From Eledone cirrhosa (taxonomy: Eukaryota), in the NCBI GenBank assembly GCA_964016885.1, contig OZ024743.1:207018001-207082000 (forward strand): a stretch of 64,000 nucleotides of DNA, read 5' to 3'. Below the pieces are notes generated by a model, which was not told the DNA's origin, made no database searches, and saw only the letters and a list, made by a program, of their open reading frames with translations. The translations under genes and the position numbers were made by a program. Shown here piece by piece: positions 56,641 to 64,000 of the stretch (position 1 is the first letter of the stretch; every line of letters begins with the position of its first letter).

Positions 56641-59600
56641 TTGGTACCATATATACACTGCTGGGAGCTTATCCCACTGGTCAGCTCTGATACTGATCCT
56701 TGGTACCATATATACACTGCAGGGAGCTCATCCCACTGGTCAGCTCTGATACTGATCCTTGGTACCATATATACACTGAAGGGAGCTCATCCCACTGGTC
56801 AGCTCTGATACTGATCCTTGGTACCATCTATACACTGAAGGGAGCTCATCCCACTGGTCAGCTCTGATACTGATCCTTGGTACCTTATATACACTGCAGG
56901 GAGCTCATCCCACTGGTCAGCTCTGATACTGATGCTTGGCACCATATATACACTACTGGGAGCTCATCCCACTGGTCAGCTCTGATACTGATCCTTGGTA
57001 CCATATATACACTGAAAGGAGCCCATCCCACTGGTCAGCTCTGATACTGATCCTTGGTACCAGATAAACACTGAAAGGAGCTCATCCCACTGGTCAGCTC
57101 CAGCATACTGATCCTTGGTACCATATATACACTGCTGGGAGCTCATCCAACTGGTCAGCTCTGATACTGATCCTTGGTACCATATATACACTGAAGGGAG
57201 CTGATCCCACTGGTCAGCTCTGATACTGATCCTTGGTGCCATATATACACTGCAGGGAGCTCATCCCACTGGTCAGATCTGATACTGATCCTTGGCACCA
57301 TATATACACTGAAAGGAGCCCATCCCACTGGTCAGCTCTGATACTGATCCTTGGTACCAGATAAACCCTGAAATGAGCTCATCCCACTGGTCAGCTTCAG
57401 CATACTGATCCTTGGTACCATATATACACTGCTGGAAGCTCATCCCACTGGTCAGCTCTGATACTGATCCTTGGTACCATATATACGCTGAAGGGAGCTC
57501 ATCCCACTGGTTAGCTCTGATACTGATCCTTGGTACCATATATACACTTAAGGGAGCTCATCTCACTGGTCAGCTCTGATACTGATCCTTGGTACCATAT
57601 ATACACTACTGGGAGCTCATCCCACTAGTCAGCTCCAGCATACTTATCCTTGTTACCATATATACACTGAAGGGAGCTCATCCCACAGGTCAGCTCTGAT
57701 ACTGATCCTTGGCACCATATATACACTGAAGGGAGCTCATCCCACTGGTCAGCTCTGATACTGATCCTTGGTACCAGATAAACACTGAAAGGAGCTCATC
57801 CCACTGGTCAGCTCCAGCATACTGATCCTTGGCTCCATATATTCACTGCTAGGAGCTCATCCCACTGGTCAGCTCCAGCATACTGATCCTTGGTACCATA
57901 TATACACTGCTGGGAGCTCATCCCACTGGTCAGCTCCAGCATACTGATCCTTGGTACCATATATACGCTACTGGGAGCTCATCCCACTGGTCAGCTCTGA
58001 TACTGATACTGATACGTGGCACCATTATACACTGCTGGGAGCTCATCCCACTGGTCAGCTCCAGCATACTGATCCTTGGTACCATATATACACTGCAGGG
58101 AGCTCATCCTACTGGTCAGCTCTGATACTGATACTTGGTACCATATATACACTGAAGGGAGCTCATCCCACTGGTCAGCTCTGATACTAATCCTTGGTAA
58201 CATATATACACTGAAGGTAGCTCATCCCACTGGTCAGCTCCAGCATACTGATCCTTGGTACCAGATAAACACTGAAGGGAGCTCATCCCACTGGTTAGCT
58301 CTGACACTGATCCTTGGTACCATATATACACTGAGGGAGCTCATCCCACTGGTCAGCTCTGATACTGATCCTTGGTACCATATATACACTGAAGGGAGCT
58401 CATCCCACTGGTCAGCTCTGATACTGATCCTTGGTACCATATATACACTGAAGGGAGCTCATCCCACTGGTCAGCTCTGATACTGATCCTTGGCACCATA
58501 TATACACTGCTGGGAGCTCATCCCACTGGTCACCTCTGATACTGATTCTTGGTACCATATATACACTGAAGGGAGCTCATCCCACAGGTCAGCTCTGATA
58601 CTGATTCTTGGTATCATATATACACTGAAGGGAGCTCATCCCACAGGTCAGCTCCAGCATACTGATCCTTGGTACCATATGTACACTGAAGGGAGCTCAT
58701 CCCACATGTCAGCTCTGATACTGATTCTTGGTACCATATATACACTGAAGGGAGATCATGCCACAGGTCAGCTCCAGCATACTGATCCTTGGTACCATAT
58801 ATACACTGAAGGGAGCTCATCCCACTGGTCAGCTCTGATACTGATTCTTGGTACCATATATACACTGGTGGGAGCTCATCTCACTGGTCAGCTCCAGCAT
58901 ACAGATCCTTGGTACCATATATACACTGCAGGGAGCTCATCCCACTGGTCAGCTCTGATACTGATTCTTGGTACCATATATACACTGAAGGGAGCTCATC
59001 CCACTTGTCAGCTCTGATACTAATCCTTGGAACCATATATACACTGCAGGGAGCTCATCCCACTGGTCAGCTCCAGCATACTGATCCTTGGTACCATATA
59101 TACACTGCTGGGAGCTCATCCCACTGGTCAGCTCTGATACTGATCCTTGGTACCATATATACACTGCAGGGAGCTCATCCCACTGGTCAGCTCTGATACT
59201 GATTATTGGTACCATATATACACTACTGGGAGCTCATCCCACTGGTCAGCTCTGATACTGATCCTTGGTACCATATATACACTGCTGGGAGCTCATCCCA
59301 CTGGTCAGCTCTGATACTGATCCTTGGTAAGAAATATACACTGAAGGGAGCTCATCCCACTGGTCAGCTCTGATACTGATCCTTGGTACCACATAAGGAC
59401 TGAAAGGAGCTCATCCCACTGGTCAGCTCCAGCATACTGATCCTTGGTACCATATATACACTGCTGGGAGCTCATCCCACTGGTCAGCTCTGATACTGAT
59501 CCTTGGTACCATATATACACTGCAGGGAGCTCATCCCACTGGTCAGCTCTGATACTGATCCTTGGTACCATATATACGCTACTGGGAGCTCATCCCACTG

Positions 59601-62600
59601 GTCAGCTCCAGCATACAGATCCTTGGTACCATATATACACTGCTGGGAGCTCATCCCACTGGTCAGCTCCAGCATACTGTTCCTTGGTACCATATATACA
59701 CTGCAAGGAGCTCAACCCACTGGTCAGCTCCAGCATACTGATCCTTGGCACCATATATTCACTGCTAGGAGCTCATCCCACTGGTCAGCTCCAGCATACT
59801 GATCCTTGGTACCATATATACACTGCTGGGAGCTCATCCCACTGCTCAGCTCTGATACTCATCCTTGGTACCATATATACACTGAAGGGAGCTGATCCCA
59901 CTGGTCAGCTCTGATACTGATCCTTGGTACCATATATACACTGCAGGGAGCTCATCCCACTGGTCAGATCTGATACTGATCCTTGGCACCATATATACAC
60001 TGAAAGGAGCCCATCCCACTGGTCAGCTCTGATACTGATCCTTGGTACCAGATAAACACTGAAATGAGCTCATCCCACTGGTCAGCTTCAGCATACTGAT
60101 CCTTGGTACCATATATACACTGCTGGAAGCTCATCCCACTGGTCAGCTCTGATACTGATCCTTGGTACCATATATACACTGAAGGGAGCTCATCCCACTG
60201 GTCAGCTCTGATACTGTTCCTTGGTACCATATATACACTTAAGGGAGCTCATCTCACTGGTCAGCTCTGATACTGATCCTTGGTACCATATATACAATAC
60301 TGGGAGCTCATCCCACTGGTAAGCTCCAGCATACTGATCCTTGTTACCATATATACACTGAAGGGAGCTCATCCCACTGGTCAGCTCTGATACTGATCCT
60401 TGGTACCATATATACACTGCAGGGAGCTCATCCCACTGGTCAGCTCTGATACTGATCCTTGGCACCATATATACACTGAAGGGAGCTCATCCCACTGGTC
60501 AGCTCTGATACTGATCCTTGGTACCAGATAAACACTGAAAGGAGCTCATCCCACTGGTCAGCTCCAGCATACTGATCCTTGGTACCATATATACACTGCT
60601 GGGAGCTCATCCCACTGGTCAGCTCTGATACTGATCCTTGGTACCATATATACACTACTGGGAGCTCATCCCACTGGTCAGCTCTGATACTGATCCTTGG
60701 TACCAGATAAACACTGAAAGGAGCTCATACCACTGGTCAGCTCCAGCATACTGATCCTTGGTACCATATATACACTGCTGGGAGCTCATCCCACTGGTCA
60801 GCTCTGATACTGATCCTTGGTACCATATATACACTGCTGGGAGCTCATCCCACTGGTCAGCTCTGATACTGATCCTTGGTACCATATATACACTGCAGGG
60901 AGCTCATCCCACTGGTCAGCTCTGATACTGATTATTGGTACCATATATACACTACTGGGAGCTCATCCCACTGGTCAGCTCTGATACTGATCCTTGGTAC
61001 CATATATACACTGCTGGGAGCTCATCCCACTGGTCAGCTCTGATACTGATCCTTGGTAAGAAATATACACTGAAGGGAGCTCATCCCACTGGTCAGCTCT
61101 GATACTGATCCTTGGTACCACATAAAGACTGAAAGGAGCTCATCCCACTGGTCAGCTCCAGCATACTGATCCTTGGTACCATATATACACTGCTGGGAGC
61201 TCATCCCACTGGTCAGCTCTGATACTGATCCTTGGTACCATATATACACTGCAGGGAGCTCATCCCACTGGTCAGCTCTGATACTGATCCTTGGTACCAT
61301 ATATACGCTACTGGGAGCTCATCCCACTGGTCAGCTCCAGCATACAGATCCTTGGTACCATATATACACTGCTGGGAGCTCATCCCACTGGTCAGCTCCA
61401 GCATACTGTTCCTTGGTACCATATATACACTGCAAGGAGCTCAACCCACTGGTCAGCTCCAGCATACTGATCCTTGGCACCATATATTCACTGCTAGGAG
61501 CTCATCCCACTGGTCAGCTCCAGCATACTGATCCTTGGTACCATATATACAATGCTGGGAGCTCATCCCACTGGTCAGCTCTGATACTGATCCTTGGTAC
61601 CATATATACACTGCTGGGAGCTTATCCCACTGGTCAGTTCTGATACTGATCCTTGGTACCATATATACACTGCAGAGAGCTCATCCCACTGGTCAGCTCT
61701 GATACTGATCCTTGGTACCATATATACACTGAAGGGAGCTCATCCCACTGGTCAGCTCTGATACTGATCCTTGGTACCATCTATACACTGAAGGGAGCTC
61801 ATCCCACTGGTTAGCTCTGATACTGATCCTTGGTACCATATATACACTGCAGGGAGCTCATCCCACTGGTCAGCTCTGATACTGATGCTTGGCACCATAT
61901 ATACACTACTGGGAGCTCATCCCACTGGTCAGCTCTGATACTGATCCTTGGTACCATATATACACTGAAAGGAGCCCATCCCACTGGTCAGCTCTGATAC
62001 TGATCCTTGGTACCAGATAAACACTGAAAGGAGCTCATCCCACTGGTCAGCTCCAGCATACTGATCCTTGGTACCACATATACACTGCTGGGAGCTCATC
62101 CAACTGGTCAGCTCTGATACTGATCCTTGGTACCATATATACACTGAAGGGAGCTGATCCCACTGGTCAGCTCTGATACTGATCCTTGGTGCCATATATA
62201 CACTGCAGGGAGCTCATCCCACTGGTCAGATCTGATACTGATCCTTGGCACCATATATACACTGAAAGGAGCCCATCCCACTGGTCAGCTCTGATACTGA
62301 TCCTTGGTACCAGATAAACACTGAAATGAGCTCATCCCACTGGTCAGCTTCAGCATACTGATCCTTGGTACCATATATACACTGCTGGAAGCTCATCCCA
62401 CTGGTCAGCTCTGATACTGATCCTTGGTACCATATATACGCTGAAGGGAGCTCATCCCACTGGTTAGCTCTGATACTGATCCTTGGTACCATATATACAC
62501 TTAAGGGAGCTCATCTCACTGGTCAGCTCTGATACTGATCCTTGGTACCATATATACACTACTGGGAGCTCATCCCAATAGTCAGCTCCAGCATACTGAT

Positions 62601-64000
62601 CCTTGTTACCATATATACACTGAAGGGAGCTCATCCCACAGGTCAGCTCTGATACTGATCCTTGGCACCATATATACACTGAAGGGAGCTCATCCCACTG
62701 GTCAGCTCTGATACTGATCATTGGTACCAGATAAACACTGAAAGGAGCTCATCCCACTGGTCAGCTCCAGCATACTGATCCTTGGCTCCATATATTCACT
62801 GCTAGGAGCTCATCCCACTGGTCAGCTCCAGCATACTGATCCTTGGTACCATATATACACTGCTGGGAGCTCATCCCACTGGTCAGCTCCAGCATACTGA
62901 TCCTTGGTACCATATATACGCTACTGGGAGCTCATCCCACTGGTCAGCTCTGATACTGATACTGATACTTGGCACCATTATACACTGCTGGGAGCTCATC
63001 CCACTGGTCAGCTCCAGCATACTGATCCTTGGTACCATATATACACTGCAGGGAGCTCATCCTACTGGTCAGCTCTGATACTGATACTTGGTACCATATA
63101 TACACTGAAGGGAGCTCATCCCACTGGTCAGCTCTGATACTAATCCTTGGTAACATATATACACTGAAGGGAGCTCATCCCACTGGTCAGCTCCAGCATA
63201 CTGATCCTTGGTACCAGATAAACACTGAAGGGAGCTCATCCCACTGGTTAGCTCTGATACTGATCCTTGGTACCATATATACACTGAGGGAGCTCATCCC
63301 ACTGGTCAGCTCTGATACTGATCCTTGGTACCATATATACACTGAAGGGAGCTCATCCCACTGGTCAGCTCTGATACTGATCCTTGGTACCATATATACA
63401 CTGAAGGGAGCTCATCCCACTGGTCAGCTCTGATACTGATCCTTGGCACCATATATACACTGCTGGGAGCTCATCCCACTGGTCACCTCTGATACTGAAT
63501 CTTGGTACCATATATACACTGAAGGGAGCTCATCCCACAGGTCAGCTCTGATACTGATTCTTGGTATCATATATACACTGAAGGGAGCTCATCCCACAGG
63601 TCAGCTCCAGCATACTGATCCTTGGTACCATATGTACACTGAAGGGAGCTCATCCCACATGTCAGCTCTGATACTGATTCTTGGTACCATATATACACTG
63701 AAGGGAGATCATGCCACAGGTCAGCTCCAGCATACTGATCCTTGGTACCATATATACACTGAAGGGAGCTCATCCCACTGGTCAGCTCTGATACTGATTC
63801 TTGGTACCATATATACACTGCTGGGAGCTCATCTCACTGGTCAGCTCCAGCATACAGATCCTTGGTACCATATATACACTGCAGGGAGCTCATCCCACTG
63901 GTCAGCTCTGATACTGATTCTTGGTACCATATATACACTGAAGGGAGCTCATCCCACTTGTCAGCTCTGATACTAATCCTTGGAACCATATATACACTGC
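54130..64000. repeat. Tandem duplication, 4953-bp unit (about 83 monomers) x2, second copy reaching the window end
   Basis: The offset is 4953 for ORF pairs 54352/59305, 55011/59964, 56081/61034, 57951/62904 and 58490/63443. The marker TGATACTGATTATTGG occurs at 54241 and 59194. Confidence 0.92.

Larger units (their letters stand above)
1..64000. repeat. Tandem satellite DNA array, 59/61-bp monomer, about 1,075 copies in one orientation, running off both window ends
   Basis: TGGTACCATATATACACTnnnGGGAGCTCATCCCACTGGTCAGCTC(TG|CAGC)ATACTGATCCT recurs every 59 or 61 bp from the first base to the last. KpnI (GGTACC) and SacI (GAGCTC) sites are present in most monomers. I saw no non-repeat sequence. 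Confidence 0.99.

Noticed and set aside
516-63970. About 270 ORFs on both strands (HTDPWYHIYT..., ADQWDELP...) as protein-coding genes
   Set aside because: They are translations of the satellite in rotating frames. The 59- and 61-bp units are not multiples of 3, stops recur every few monomers, and there is no recognisable domain such as C2H2 zinc-finger spacing.
1-64000. CRISPR array with a ~60-bp period and palindromic repeat
   Set aside because: There are no unique spacers. The whole unit is conserved apart from a triplet and a 2-bp length switch, and no cas genes or leader are present.
1-64000. CENP-B box or telomeric repeat
   Set aside because: The CENP-B box needs TTCG and CGGG, and the consensus has no CpG. 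No TTAGGG-type repeats were seen.
1-64000. Transposon insertion or strand inversion inside the array
   Set aside because: I saw no foreign sequence, terminal repeats or reverse-orientation monomers. Whether the array lies inside a larger element cannot be judged without its flanks.

Overview
The whole 64 kb is one uninterrupted head-to-tail tandem satellite array with no genes, transposon insertions, inversions or unique sequence that I could see. The consensus monomer is TGGTACCATATATACACT[GAA/GCT/GCA/ACT]GGGAGCTCATCCCACTGGTCAGCTC[TG/CAGC]ATACTGATCCT. It is 59 bp, or 61 bp with CAGC, about 47% GC and has no CpG. There are roughly 1,070-1,080 copies, estimated from window length divided by about 59.6 bp. 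All ORFs in the track are repeat-derived. The array is organised above the monomer level. Recurring multi-monomer modules are shuffled and amplified by nested tandem duplications with offsets of 773, 1249, 1306, 1551, 1729, 4526, 4953, 6141 and 11601 bp, read from the coordinates of matching ORFs and spot-checked in the sequence. This is an irregular higher-order repeat with no single fixed period. The most unusual fine-scale signal is a hidden dyad, AGCTCCAGCA-N10-TGGTACCA-N9-TGCTGGGAGCT, built from the two main polymorphisms, with one apparently compensatory C:G to T:A change. A eukaryotic heterochromatic origin is an inference. I cannot identify the organism or the satellite family.
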